From Octopus bimaculoides (Eukaryota): 64,000 nucleotides of DNA. The translations under genes were made by a program, and so were the position numbers. Below are positions 38,036 to 51,287 of the stretch, one piece after another (the stretch's first letter is position 1; each line of letters opens with the position of its first letter). The stretch lies in NCBI RefSeq assembly GCF_001194135.2, contig NC_068995.1, positions 29,051,472 to 29,115,471 on the forward strand, written 5' to 3'. The notes beneath the pieces are model-generated. The model was not told the origin of the DNA, searched no databases, and saw only the letters and a program-made list of their open reading frames with translations.

Positions 38036-38984
38036 CTGGAGGTAGGCTGCCAGGCTATCATATGACATGACCCAATCACTTCATTTTATCCCTATTCATA
38101 ACCGACTGCAGATTCAGTTAGTTAGAGTGTACCAAACCCGTGTACATGTATGCGCAGAGCTGGGCACTTTTTCTTTTCTTATGAAGACTAATAGTTACTC
38201 ATTCATAGAAAGTTTGCTTCATGCAACCAATGTCTATTGAAGGGAAAGATTACCGAGCTGCGCAAAGCTTGACATCAGTATGGTCACTGGCATCACTCCC
38301 AGAATGCAAGGAGCCGGGCAGATACCGCAAGACATTTTGCTCCACTCTTTAACACTTCCGTGATCCACCGAATGGATGAAAGGCAAAGATGAAGTCAAAA
38401 GGATGGAACTTACTGTGTAGTGAATCGGAACATGCTGTGAGACCGTTTTTCAACACAACGTCGTTATTATTCTGCTAAGTTGCCTACACGCATATATGTG
38501 TGTGTGTGTTTACACACCCATATACAACCATCCGCGGATATCATCATACACGCGTCTTGCACCGACCATAATTCAGAACTGAGCACAACCTTTTTATTAA
38601 CTGACGTAGGTCGTTGAAATTGCATATGTTGGTAGAATAACTCCTACCCTATAGTAAGTCTTTTTCCTGTTCTCCATTGCAGGCAAATATGTTCCAAGCT
38701 GAAGTTATGTGCTGTCATAAACTTCTAGATGAAAGAGGATGCGGGTTGTTCGACAGCTACAAAAGGCTTTGGGATGTATTTTTCGGAGTATCAAAGAGCT
38801 GGTTTCAACAATTGGGCAAATGTAGCGCTTGTAAAGTTTCATTATATTGAGAAGTACTTTAGCATAAGGAAAATGTTGTTTTACTAACATAGGCAATTTG
38901 AGTTACCTATCTCGGTTAATAGAAATTATGTCTACTTTTGCATTACTTTCAGTAAACTGTGGAATATTTAGGAAATTTGTACAA

Positions 38985-39172
38985 ACGATCGTTAGCACGC
39001 CGGACAAAGTACTTAGCGGTATTTCGTCCGTCTTCATGTTCCGCATTCAAATGCTGCCAGGGTCGACTTTGCCTTTCATCCTTTCGGAGTCAATAAAATA
39101 AATACCAGCTGAATACTAGAGTCGACTTAACCACTTACCCGAAACTAATGACGTGCCAAATTTTGAAATCAT
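38985..39172 (+). mobile_element. SINE family B
   Basis: CGTTAGCACGCCGG...GTCGACTTTGCCTTTCATCC...GTGCCAAATTTTGAAA. Confidence 0.85.
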
Positions 39173-39889
39173 TATATAGTTGTTTTCACATGTGTGTATA
39201 TCTGCGTGTGGTATGTGAGTGTGTGCATGTGTACGTATGAAATATGTTTTATTGTTGCATATATAAATATGTATCAAATTAATGTGTAAATGTTTTTACA
39301 TATTTAAATTGAAGCTTGCAGAGATGATTATCAAATCGCTGTCCCGAGCAAAAGTATTACAAAATGATTTGGACTATATACATGATTTCAGTGTAGTGTT
39401 TGAATTAAAAATTTGGAATTTTCCCTTCATTTCGGAATATATCTTATAATTTCGTCGAAATTTTTTCGATTTAATATTTAATCTTCCACAGACACACTAT
39501 TTTCTATCACAGATTATAATCTCAATTTAGTGTCCTCTTCAGGGACATAATTAAATATTTGCACTGGAAATGAACTCGTGACCTATGAAGTATACTTCTT
39601 CCTGTCAGACATTTTACACATAAAATTCTCGAAGACCGTTACTTTAATTATGGTGGAAATTAGTTATTTATGAAGATCTTATCATACCGAATAATAGACA
39701 TGCATTTAAGCATAAATCTCAACAACTAATAAAAGAATCGTCCAGAAGGAATCGACAAGCAACAGAAAATACGAAAGCATCAATTTATATGGCGTAGCTA
39801 TTGAAAGAAAAGTTTAGGGCAAAGTGGGGGTTGCCGTCTGTTAACTGTAAAATATAAATTCATGCGATCAAAGAATGAAGTCTTTGTGT

Positions 39890-40091
39890 GATTACTCGAT
39901 TAGCTAGATATAATTTATACTCAGAGGTTTTTAAAAAGAAAACGATTATATCTAAATTTATATTGGATAATGTAATATCGGATAAAAGATGCATGTACAA
40001 AACAAGAACAAAAAAGTAAATAAATAAACAAGCCGATATGCTCATGGCTTTTGAACAGGGATTTGCTTAACCAGGAGTGACCTGGGTTAAG

Positions 40092-40111
<20 letters not shown>
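39890..40111 (+). mobile_element. Family D repeat ending in poly(A)
   Basis: Shares ATATTGGATAATGT and TGACCTGGG..TAA with 43826-44020; long A tract follows. Confidence 0.45.
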
Positions 40112-40134
<23 letters not shown>

Positions 40135-40530
40135 AAATCGAAACAAGCTTAATCCGTTATCCGCATTGATCCCGTACAGATACTTGGGATGATTTAGAAT
40201 TGACATTCTGATTCAAATCCCGGTGAGGTCAAATTTGCCCCTCAGTTTTTTTTTGTTTTTTTTTTTGAGTGTCAGTCAAGTAGTGCAGTCGATAGTATCA
40301 ACTAAGAAGCTGCCTTCAAAATTATTGGCTTTATGCCTTACTCAGAAACCGTAATTAACTATATCTTGCTCATTATTTACTTTTTCCTTATGTTCTTTGT
40401 AAAATGTGGTGAGATATACATCCTACATTCGATGTTACTACATGTTTTCATTCTCTTTACACACGCACGCGCACACACACACACACATATATACGCATAC
40501 ATAAATCATATATATATACGTGTGCGATTA

Positions 40531-40562
<32 letters not shown>

Positions 40563-40807
40563 TGTGTGTGCGATGATATTTGCACACCCACACATATACG
40601 CACATATACATTTACAATGAAAGAAATGCTTGCATACATGTCAGAAATATATTATATTGGTTAGATGCAGTCGTTTGTTTCAGAGTAGCATGAAAGCAAT
40701 GAAGGCAGAAATAACGGTGCAAAAAGCTCCACTAACATAAAAGCCGTTAAAACACGAGGAAAATACAACACACACTAATGAAAGGCTCTAAAACCAGATA
40801 AAATTGT

Positions 40808-41220
40808 TACTCTTTTTACTCTTTTACTTGTTTCAGTCATTTGACTGCGGCCATGCTGGAGCACCGCTTTTAGTCGAGCAAATCGACCCCAGGACTTATT
40901 CTTTGTAAGCCTAGTACTTATTCTATCGGTTTTTTTTGCCGAACCGCTAGGTTACGGGGACGTAAACACACCACCATCGGTTGTCAAGCGATGGTAGGGG
41001 GACAAACACAGACACACAAACATATACACACACATACATATATATATATACATATATACGACGAACTTCCTTCAGTTTCCGCCTGCCAAATCCACTCATA
41101 AGGCACTGGTCGGCCCGAGGCTATAGTAGGAGACACTTGCCCAATGTGCCACGCAGTGGGACTGAACCCGAAACCATGTGGTTGGTAAGCTGGCTACTTA
41201 CCACACAGCCACTCCTGCGC
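40808..41220 (-). mobile_element. Full-length SINE family A (tRNA-derived head, internal microsatellite, RTE-like tail)
   Basis: Reverse complement aligns end to end with 61987-62379; tail (GTAAAAGA)n. Confidence 0.95.
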
Positions 41221-43162
41221 TCCTGTTGTTCGTTTCACATAAAATAACTCCCTATTTGATTCAGAAATCTTAATTAATTGTTGTGCGACTTTTTGTTCTG
41301 AATTCTAACCGATGTGTTATTTTTTTGTCCCGTTTTACACTTCTTTTTGTAAAAATGAGAGCGTTGTTTCTGTATCATTGTATGTAAAATGACATTTTCA
41401 GACACACGTACTTTCAAAAAGAGATTTCTTTGTTATTACAAGTGACGGCCAGAAGTTAGAAAAGAATACTTTGATGTTGATAAAGTGGAAACATTCTGAA
41501 AACTACGCTCGCTGATACTTCCCCTTCGTAGACATATCTTATAAACGACTAAAGAGTGACGATTTTCACTCCATCTTCTTTTAATCTCATTTCGTTACTT
41601 CTTTCTTCTTTTTTCCCCAACATATCTAATATTAAATTTAGGTAGAGATTCAGGAGAGAAGCTTTAGTCTAACTTTATGGATGAATATTTATAACTGTAA
41701 ACAAAGTGATGATTCAGTTTGCTTTTCCAGCCTGATCCCCACCACCCAGCTACCAATTTCGCATGTTTCTTACAATGTTTCGCTTTATATCACATTTTAT
41801 TACCTGATTCAACGTTGGAAAGAATCAAATTGTTATAATTTATTGTCACCTACAGCCACACATTCGCATATGCTAGAAAATTTCTGAATTGATTCTTCTT
41901 AATACTCTCAATCGCCTAAATCTCATGTTGACATACATCTCTAAACATATACATGTAATACATTCTTACATACATATTTGCATACATATTTTACATGTAT
42001 CTATAGGAATGTGTGTATCTATATATAGATATACATGTACACACACACACGCGCGCGCACGCACGCTTACACCACACACACATATATGCTTGAAAGATAT
42101 GAATGTTATTACACAAAAAGGCATGATGCCGCATATGTGCGAGAGTACATATGAATATACATACATATTCCTATATATATATACTTACATACATATATGT
42201 GTTTGAGCTTGTGTAAATAATGAATGCAAAGTCTTCAGTGTATAGAAGAAGAAAATAACTTTTAAAATTTATTTAAGCTAAAAGTAGAAACTGAGCTTTA
42301 AATCGATTGTCAAACACAACCAAGGAACAGTCAAATCGAATATTATGAAAGGAAAACAGAAAGAAAGCATTTGATAAGTTACGTATGTAAAGATAAATTA
42401 GAGGAGACAAAACTATTTTATTGTGTATTTAAAATAAAATTAGGTGTTGTGTGTGTGTGTGTGTATATATATATATACATACACACACACATATATATAT
42501 ATGTGTGTGTGTGTGCACAATACCTATTTCTCTGTATATATGCACACACACATTCTTTTATTTGATTCATATATTCAAATCAGTCCCAGTACTTGACTCT
42601 TATTTTATTTTGTTCAACCTAAAATTGACCTCGGCGGAATTTGCACTCAAAAAGTAAGCAGTAAGTGCCGTCAGAAGATCCTTCGACGTTAAATTAATTC
42701 AGCCAAGGTTTTATATTTATCAGAGGTGAATATCATTTAGATGAAATTGTCAGAATGCAGTTAAGATTCTCTATATTGAATGCAATTTAAAAGGTCGCCT
42801 TTCTAACGGTTGTCACAATTCTAATTGGGAAGATGCACTAAATAACGGAATAGTATTTATTAAAATGCCTGACTAATTCATGTTAGCTATTCGCCTTTAA
42901 CCAACAGTGATTTGGTTCACCAACTGAAAGAGATTTTTGATTTTTAATTTCAAGATAACTGACCTAGGTGAAGAAGGTATTCTTTTAACTGTTCAATTCC
43001 GGGAAGAGACCACTGATAAAATCAGTTTTATTAAGCATTTCAAATTCCACGTCGTTTATTCTCCAAACAAGTTGGACTTCGAACGGGAAGGCTTAATGTA
43101 CTGTATTCATTTGGAATTTACTGAGTACAGTATAAATAAGAACGAGAAGAGATGTGAATATA

Positions 43163-43200
<38 letters not shown>

Positions 43201-43825
43201 NNNNNNNNNNNNNNNNNNNNNNNNNNNNNNGTGTGTGTGAGTGTGTATGAAAAGGGAAACAGCGAAGGTTAGAAGGAAAGAGGGAGAGTTAATAAAGAAA
43301 AAGAAAAAAACTGTTCATAAAAATTTTCCTTTTTCAAAATTAAAAGCCACAAGCAAGAGTCGATTACTGAAGTCGTTTGTCTTGGACAAAGATCTAAAGA
43401 CAATTTTTTCTTCTTTCTTGCACTTTCAACATTGAAATCTGTTTTTCTTTTTTCATGATTTTTTTCTTTGTTGAATGTCTGTACTTCTACTGTGTCGCCA
43501 AACCAATGTCTGATGGCGGCGCCACCATTTCCCCTTTCCTTTGCTTCACCCATACTACAATACTTGAATATATTTATTTATTTATCGGTTCCTTTTCTGT
43601 TGTTGGTAATATTGTTACAGTGAATTGTTTTCTATAGTCTTTTGAATAGATATTTATGTCTGTTTCATTTCATCATACAATAAACATTTAGTACACAGTC
43701 TTATGCCAGAAGAGGGTTAGTGTACACTTTTATATACTTGTGCATATCTTTATTGTCTCCCATGCAAAATAAATCATATAATCATGTTGAAATAAAATTA
43801 CAAAAGCCAACGAGACAACACTTAG

Positions 43826-44020
43826 TAGGTACTCGACCTGCTAGAAAAACAGCTAAATAATTCTCAAATTATATACCACCTTCTTGAAAAAGCAAAGGAC
43901 ATATTACGTAATGTTGTCCTAGATAATCCTCAAAATGTGGGATGGCCAAGTCCGGAATAATATTGACCAAAAGTCTCCTGAATCATAGTTGACTTGGTAT
44001 TAAAATACCACGATACAGTT
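43826..44020 (+). mobile_element. Family D repeat
   Basis: CTCGACCTGCTAGAAA..GGACATATT..GGGATGGCC; homologous to copies at 1283-1670 and 39890. Confidence 0.45.
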
Positions 44021-44559
44021 AGTTTCTCAAGTTTCTAGTTAACCTTTATCATTTTTTTCATTCTATACTTAGTCATGACCAATCTTTGTTGTTTTTTAAT
44101 CCAAACTCAACTCTCATCGAGCACCCTTATGGTCACAAATGTTTCAGCTTTGGCCAAGAGAAATTTGGCTGTTATTTCTAGTATGCAGGAGCATTATCAT
44201 TGTTTGAAAATAAAGATAAAAAGGTTTTTAGAAATCAACAGATAAGATCACAAATATGATAGGCACAGGAGGTGCGTGGAGATAAACGAAACCAACTAGA
44301 GCTTAAAGATAAGAAGGATAGTTCATAAAATGTGAGATTTTGAAATGAAGTATTTTGTCCAAAGACATAGTGCTGAGTGGCCTTACAATTTTCAGTTTAA
44401 CAGCCTATCACAAAGTCAGGTGCTTTAACGGGATAACTGACTCCAAAGAAACAGTGAGAGAAGTCGCTTTCTATTGGGTGAATGAAGAAATAATATTGAT
44501 TTCTTTTGACAAGATCAGTTACGACAATGAAGACAAAGATAAAGTTAGATGACCATTAC

Positions 44560-44679
44560 TTTTCTGGTACTTATTTGAGTGATCTTGGAACATTTCGTCC
44601 TGTTTAATTGAAATTGTCTTGGAACTTTTAACCCGGTGTTTGCTTCTTTCAACAGAATCATCTTGCAGCTTAGATTCAT
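44560..44679 (-). CDS. Candidate exon 3 of putative secreted-protein gene 1 (DESKLQDDSVERSKHRVKSSKTISIKQDEMFQDHSNKYQK)
   Basis: 120 nt, symmetric phase 1, open; acceptor TTTTATTGTTTTCCACCCAAATCTGAATTCAG, donor AAA|GTAATG. Confidence 0.45.
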
Positions 44680-45754
44680 CTGAATTCAGATTTGGGTGGA
44701 AAACAATAAAATATTTTGTTAAACACACTTTTTACTCTTCCTCATAAAAAAAAGATTAATAGTAAATGCTCTAAATTTTGTATAATTTATGATGTTTGGA
44801 AGCTATTTGTACAAAATTACGATTTGCAAAGTCTCTCTAATGCGCATGTTGTAGGATAAATGAGAGTATCATGAAACAATGTTAATCTATTAACGCTCCA
44901 CATTCGAATGTCTAAAGGGCCTTGAATTGTGTGAAACACCCACGAAGCCCAATGTGGCAAACCTAAGTCATACAAAAAAAGCTACAAATCTACTTATCTC
45001 AGACAAGTAGATTTGTAACACTTGAAATCAGTTTCACAATCAAGTGTTTTAGAGTTTGAACCCGCTACACGGTGCCTTCGGCAATCCATGCTGACATGAA
45101 AGCAAATACACACACCCACACACACATACACTTGCATTTATATACCTATGTATATTCATATCCTACAACATCCATGAGGTCATCTGTATATACTTGCATG
45201 CGTATGTGTGTCTGTTTATTTTCTTTCTGTTTACATAATATTTTTTATCAGGCACTTGAGTTGTAAAACTAACGAAGAGAGCCGAGTTCAACTCCTTTTA
45301 GGGACGTTAATGCGCAAAGATGTTTGTTATCTTTATTTTCTAATATAAAGTTTGCTGTGTATCTATATACGCTAGCGGAACTCACAGAAATCTCACGATT
45401 TTTGCAAGTGAAAGCTGAGAAGTCTGTTTGTTATTATAATAGTGTAGTATAGCAAATGATAGGCGAGGGAGAGAGAGGGAGTAAAAAGAACTAAGAGAGA
45501 AGGAGAGAGAGAAAAGGAGAGAGAGAAAAGGAGAGAGAGATATACGGACAAACAGTGACAGAGAAACAGAAGGACAAAAGAAAGAGAGAGAGAGGTGGCA
45601 GAGGAAAAGGAAGGAGAGAGGGATAACGTTATTGCAAGTGTTACTTCGGGTGGTTACAGTGAAAGACAGGAGAAAGAAAGTTACCCAAACGGAAATCTGG
45701 CAAATCGATAGACGTATAACCATACACACATGTGCAAGCACAAGCGTATATGCA

Positions 45755-45886
<132 letters not shown>

Positions 45887-46173
45887 CACATTACATTGAA
45901 AACTTTAACAGCTTGTTGTGATGATAATGGTGGTAGAGTGTTGATTGATGCAGGTGATGGTGGTTGTAAGTAGTAAGGAACTCACAGCAAACGATTTGTT
46001 TATTTTTGTGGATTGAAATTTGAAGAAAATACCATATAAATTCATGCATGTAGCTTCATGCAAGTAATTCTATTCGAGAACTGTCGTCGCCGCTGTCATC
46101 CCTCTGATGAAACACCAAGAACAAATAGCAGTCGTCATAGGCAAGAAATAAGCATCGCCACCACAGTCACTAC

Positions 46174-46341
46174 CATTGTCGTCTATTTTCTGTTCTTTTG
46201 CGCTGAAATTCTCGTTTTCTCTCACATTTTCTCTCAAGTTATCCTTCTCTATCTCTCTCGTGTCTCTCTCTGCTTTCTCTTTCTCAATGTATCTTTCTCC
46301 GTTCACCGTTATCGACAAGAACGTCACCGCCGATGCCAAGA
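46174..46341 (-). CDS. Candidate exon 2 of putative gene 1 (LASAVTFLSITVNGERYIEKEKAERDTREIEKDNLRENVRENENFSAKEQKIDDN)
   Basis: 168 nt, symmetric phase 1; strong acceptor TTTTAAACGTTTCTTCGTTTAG, donor ATG|GTAGTG; the other two phases hit stops. Confidence 0.5.
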
Positions 46342-46544
46342 CTAAACGAAGAAACGTTTAAAATGTGCTCAGTAATGCATGATGCTGTGTATGTATTTAC
46401 GTGCACGCACACATACACGCACACACAAATACGCATAAGTACACATACTTATTCAAACATATACACAAACATATAATGAAAACTTTAATACTTTGTTGTG
46501 GTCACGATGGCGACAGAGTGGCAGTATTGTTAGAGTGTTGGACA

Positions 46545-46735
46545 AAATGCCTGGCGATATTTTTCCAGTTCTGTACATTCTGGGTTCAAATCCTGTTGAG
46601 ATGATCTTTGTATTCCATCCTGTTAGTGTTGATTAACTGAAATACTGGCCAAGTACTAAGTTGATGATATCGACTGATTTCTCATCTCCCCTCAGAATTG
46701 ATGGCCTTGTGCCAATATTAGAAGCACCATTAAAT
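46545..46735 (+). mobile_element. SINE family B, diverged
   Basis: TTCTGGGTTCAAATCC..TTCCATCC..GGCCTTGTGCCAATATTAGAA. Confidence 0.65.
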
Positions 46736-46819
46736 ATGTGTATTGCAAATATGCATATTTTAACACATGGAAATTTTATTGTTCCCGGAAATTCGTAATT
46801 TTAATCGAAAGAAATATAG

Positions 46820-46951
46820 GTACAGAAGCTTGTTTCTCAACCGCGTGCATGACACCTTTGACGAATGTCCTCTACTATAACTTCAGGCCAACCAAAACTT
46901 TGTGAGTGAATTTGGTAGATAGAAACTGAAAGAAGGCCGTCACGTATATAC

Positions 46952-47025
<74 letters not shown>
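46820..47025 (+). mobile_element. SINE family A fragment with expanded internal (TA)n
   Basis: TGTGAGTGAATTTGGTAGATAGAAACTGAAAGAAGGCCGTC then (CATA)/(TA)n. Confidence 0.7.
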
Positions 47026-47027
<2 letters not shown>

Positions 47028-47031
47028 CACA

Positions 47032-48002
47032 AATAATAAATGAGTATATGCATATATACGTACAGGTATGTGCATACCTACGTCTACCTGTATATATAGG
47101 TGCATATCTGGGTACAGAACATTGCAAACAAAACGTAGACAAGAAAATAATAATAATCAGAGTACAGAAAACACACAAGCCACATAGAGAACATTTTCCT
47201 TCATCAGCTACCCCCATTTTAACACCGGCGTTTCGAAGAGTTGGGCAGGACGCATCGTTAAAACGGCTCTTCCCATGAACCGCAAATTAAATTTGTATAC
47301 ACAAATCAAACCTGTGCCATAGTGGCGGACAAAAAACAAGATAGGAAAACAAACGGAAAAGGCTGTGCGGCCAGACGTGAAAAATTATGTGTATATGAAC
47401 GCAGTGAGGTACGAACTGAAAAAGACGGGATGAAGTAAGTTCGCGTGTTTGCTCGGCGATAGCCAAGGAAGAAAAGGATTAGTGACCGGAAGCGTGTGAC
47501 CAAGCAGGGGTAAGGGAGAGAGAGAGAGAGAGAGAGAGTGGTAGAGGAAGAAACAAAGGGAGGAAGTAGAAGAATAGGTGAGCAACGAGAGAAAGAGAGG
47601 AAGCGAGGAATATAGTAGTAACAGAAGGAAGAACGAGATATAGTAGTAACAGGAGGAAGGACGAGAGGGGTAAAGAGAGATACGTAGTAGTAACAGAGGA
47701 AGAACGAGAGGGAGAAAAAGTGATAGAGAAAGAGATAGAGTCGCGTCAGAAAATATAAAGTTGAAAACTACTTACCTCAGGGATGACGCAGGCGTTCGAT
47801 CATGTAATACAATAATAAATGAGTATGTGCATATATACGTACAGGTATGTGCATACCTACGTCTACCTGTATATATAGGTGCATATCTGGGTACAGGACA
47901 TTGCAAACAAAACGTAGACAAGAAAATAATAATAACCAGAGTACAGAAAACACACAAGCCACATAGAGAACATTTTCCTTCATCAGCTACCCCCGTTTTA
48001 AC
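47032..48002 (+). repeat. Roughly 192-bp direct duplication (47032-47223 and 47811-48002), 4 mismatches
   Basis: Direct alignment; the second copy ends at an N gap. Confidence 0.9.
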
Positions 48003-48877
48003 NNNNNNNNNNNNNNNNNNNNNNNNNNNNNNNNNNNNNNNNNNNNNNNNNNNNNNNNNNNNNNNNNNNNNNNNNNNNNNNNNNNNNNNNNNNNNNNNNN
48101 NNNNNNNNNNNNNNNNNNNNNNNNNNNNNNNNNNNNNNNNNNNNNNNNNNNNNNNNNNNNNNNNNNNNNNNNNNNNNNNNNNNNNNNNNNNNNNNNNNNN
48201 NNNNNNNNNNNNNNNNNNNNNNNNNNNNNNNNNNNNNNNNNNNNNNNNNNNNNNNNNNNNNNNNNNNNNNNNNNNNNNNNNNNNNNNNNNNNNNNNNNNN
48301 NNNNNNNNNNNNNNNNNNNNNNNNNNNNNNNNNNNNNNNNNNNNNNNNNNNNNNNNNNNNNNNNNNNNNNNNNNNNNNNNNNNNNNNNNNNNNNNNNNNN
48401 NNNNNNNNNNNNNNNNNNNNNNNNNNNNNNNNNNNNNNNNNNNNNNNNNNNNNNNNNNNNNNNNNNNNNNNNNNNNNNNNNNNNNNNNNNNNNNNNNNNN
48501 NNNNNNNNNNNNNNNNNNNNNNNNNNNNNNNNNNNNNNNNNNNNNNNNNNNNNNNNNNNNNNNNNNNNNNNNNNNNNNNNNNNNNNNNNNNNNNNNNNNN
48601 NNNNNNNNNNNNNNNNNNNNNNNNNNNNNNNNNNNNNNNNNNNNNNNNNNNNNNNNNNNNNNNNNNNNNNNNNNNNNNNNNNNNNNNNNNNNNNNNNNNN
48701 NNNNNNNNNNNNNNNNNNNNNNNNNNNNNNNNNNNNNNNNNNNNNNNNNNCATCTGTTTTTTGTCTATACCACCTGTCTTCATCTTCTGTTTTTTTTTGT
48801 GAATTCTCCCCTGTATATATATAAATTAAGCACACACACACAAGTATGTATGTATGTATATGTATATGAATATATAT

Positions 48878-48925
<48 letters not shown>

Positions 48926-49084
48926 TGTGTGTGTGTGTGTGTGCTTACACGCACGGGTGTTTTTTCCCTTGACAACTGGTATTGGTGTGTTTACATCCCC
49001 GTATCTTGGCCAAGAGTCACCCGGTAGTAAATCGTGGCCAAAAGTCACCCGACAATAAATCACCATTCTTTAAATATTTAATTC

Positions 49085-49495
49085 TTTTATTCTTATACTT
49101 ATTTCAGTCATTTGACTGCGGCCATGCTGAAGCACCGCCTTTAGTCGAAGAAATGGACCCCAGGACTTCTTTTTTGTAAGCCTAGTACTTATTCTATCGG
49201 TCTCTTTAGCCGATCTGCTAAGTTACGGGGGCCGTAAGCACACCAATGCCGCTTATCAAGCGATGGTAAGTGGGGGACAAAGACAGACACACATATGCAC
49301 ACACGCACTCACACACACACACATACACATACACACATACACACACATACATATATACGACGAGCTTCTTTCAGTTTCCGTCTACCAAATCCACTCGCAG
49401 GGCTCTGGTCGACCCGAGGCTACAGTAAAAGACATTTACCCAAAGTGCCACGCAATGGAACGGAACCTGGAACCTTATGGCTCGAAAGCTGAATA
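49085..49495 (-). mobile_element. Near full-length SINE family A
   Basis: TTTCAGTCATTTGACTGCGGCCATGCTG...GTGCCACGCAATGGAACGGAACC. Confidence 0.9.
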
Positions 49496-50129
49496 CTTTC
49501 AGTTAAAATCACCGTTTTTTCTTCAACATTTGTATATTTATTAGCGAAGTCTCAGATAAAATATTTTTTTTGTTTTAATCTTGGAATTAAATAGTTTTGA
49601 TTTACTAGCCAGCCCTGTATATACATAGACGCAGGCATAACTGCATTCACGCGTGTGCACACGCTTTATATATGTATACACAACTTGATAAATACACTCA
49701 CGCATAATAACATATATGTATGGATTCACCCATGGACATACGCGTACATACGCATGCACACACATAATTCCATTGTTTATTTAACATATACATTTTTCTA
49801 TTATTACGACAAATAGGGGAATGAGAGGATAAGTGATGAGAGAAAGCAGCACTTGATGTAGAATATTCTATGCGCAAAATACACGACATTCTTGTTTCAA
49901 GGAAAGCGTTAGTTTAATATTGTTTCCTTAAAGCAATATGAAGTATTTTTAGGTTGAAACTTTCTGTAGTAAAAGAGACATTCACTGTCAGCGAGGTTTA
50001 TCAGCAACGTAACCTGGTATGGCTTGTGAGAAACGGAGAAACGTGACCCTCATTAGAAGTAAAAAAGGGACCCAATTACACTAATACACACGCTTGCAAA
50101 CACACCAACTTAAAAACAAGCACCACCAT

Positions 50130-50297
50130 ATGTATGTATGTACGTATGTATGTATGTATGTATGTATGTATGTACGTATGTATGTATGTATGTATGTATG
50201 TATGTATGTATGTACGTATGTATGTATGTATGTACGTATGTATGTACGTATGTATGTATGTATGTATGTATGTATGTATGTATGTATGTATGTATAT
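50130..50297. repeat. (TATG)n microsatellite next to an N gap
   Basis: Direct observation. Confidence 0.95.
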
Positions 50298-50404
50298 ANN
50301 NNNNNNNNNNNNNNNNNNNNNNNNNNNNNNNNNNNNNNNNNNNNNNNNNNNNNNNNNNNNNNNNNNNNNNNNNNTATATATATAAATATATATATATATA
50401 TACA

Positions 50405-51287
50405 TACACGAGCTGGTTCAAAATGGTACCGGACAAGTTCTGTAGTGCGCCAAAATATGGTGCACGGTTGCATGCAGAGTAAGAGCTAGTTGTGACCTTC
50501 ATGAGGGAGTGTGCAGAGTGACATCGTTGTGTTTACTTCGTAAGTTGTGAAACTTCGGTTTTTGTGATCACGTGCATGCTGTAGTCTGCGATTTTGTCAT
50601 GGACAGGAACAAAAAGCCAACGTGAAATTTTGCGTTAAAATTGAGAAGTCTACTACAGAGACATTGAGCATGTTTCGGCAAGTTTACGGCGACGCGGCAA
50701 TGGTTCGTACACAATGTTTCGAGTGGCACGGGCACTTCAAAAGCGGAATAATGTCCCTGGAAGACGATGAGCGATCTGTAAGACCCACGACGAGCGTCAC
50801 CCCGGAAATGATGTATTGTGCATCGAGAATTCGTCCCTGCAGTTCTACTGCGACATTTGAAAGCGTTTTGGGGAGGACATTCGGCGAAAGTGACCGGATC
50901 TGTGGAGCGCAAAGAATTGGATTCTTCACGATGCACTGCACCGTGTCACCGATCTCTCCTCACTCGTGAGTTTCACGCCAAAACCAACATGGTGTCGCTT
51001 CTGTACCCGCCTTATTCACCAGATTTAGCACCCGCAGACTTCCATCTCTTCCCCAAGATGAAAATCCAGCTCAAAGCTCGCTGTTTTAATACCGTAGTCG
51101 AGATCCAGAGTGAATCGCTTACGGAAAACGACTTACAGGCTGGATTCCAAAAGTAGCAGGAACAATGGGGCCGGTGTATTGCCGCGCAAGGTGACTATTT
51201 CGAAAGAGATGATGTTAAAACTTAGGTAAATAAATTATTTTTTTATTAAACATAACTAGTCCGGGAACCTTTTGATACCACCTCGCA
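50405..51287 (+). mobile_element. Internally deleted mariner transposon with both TIRs
   Basis: VKFCVKIEKS..SLEDDERSVRP and YPPYSPDLAPADFHLFPKMK; left ACGAGCTGGTTCAAAATGGTACCGGAC matches right reverse-complement GCGAGGTGGTATCAAAAGGTTCCCGGAC. Confidence 0.9.

Noticed and set aside
41412-41495. 84-nt open phase-1 segment on the minus strand as a further gene 1 exon
   Set aside because: Short pyrimidine tract and AT-driven composition; indistinguishable from chance without transcript data
47224-47285. GAAGAG/CTCTTC stem followed by GAAAC on the minus strand
   Set aside because: No CUGANGA core upstream, so not a supportable ribozyme
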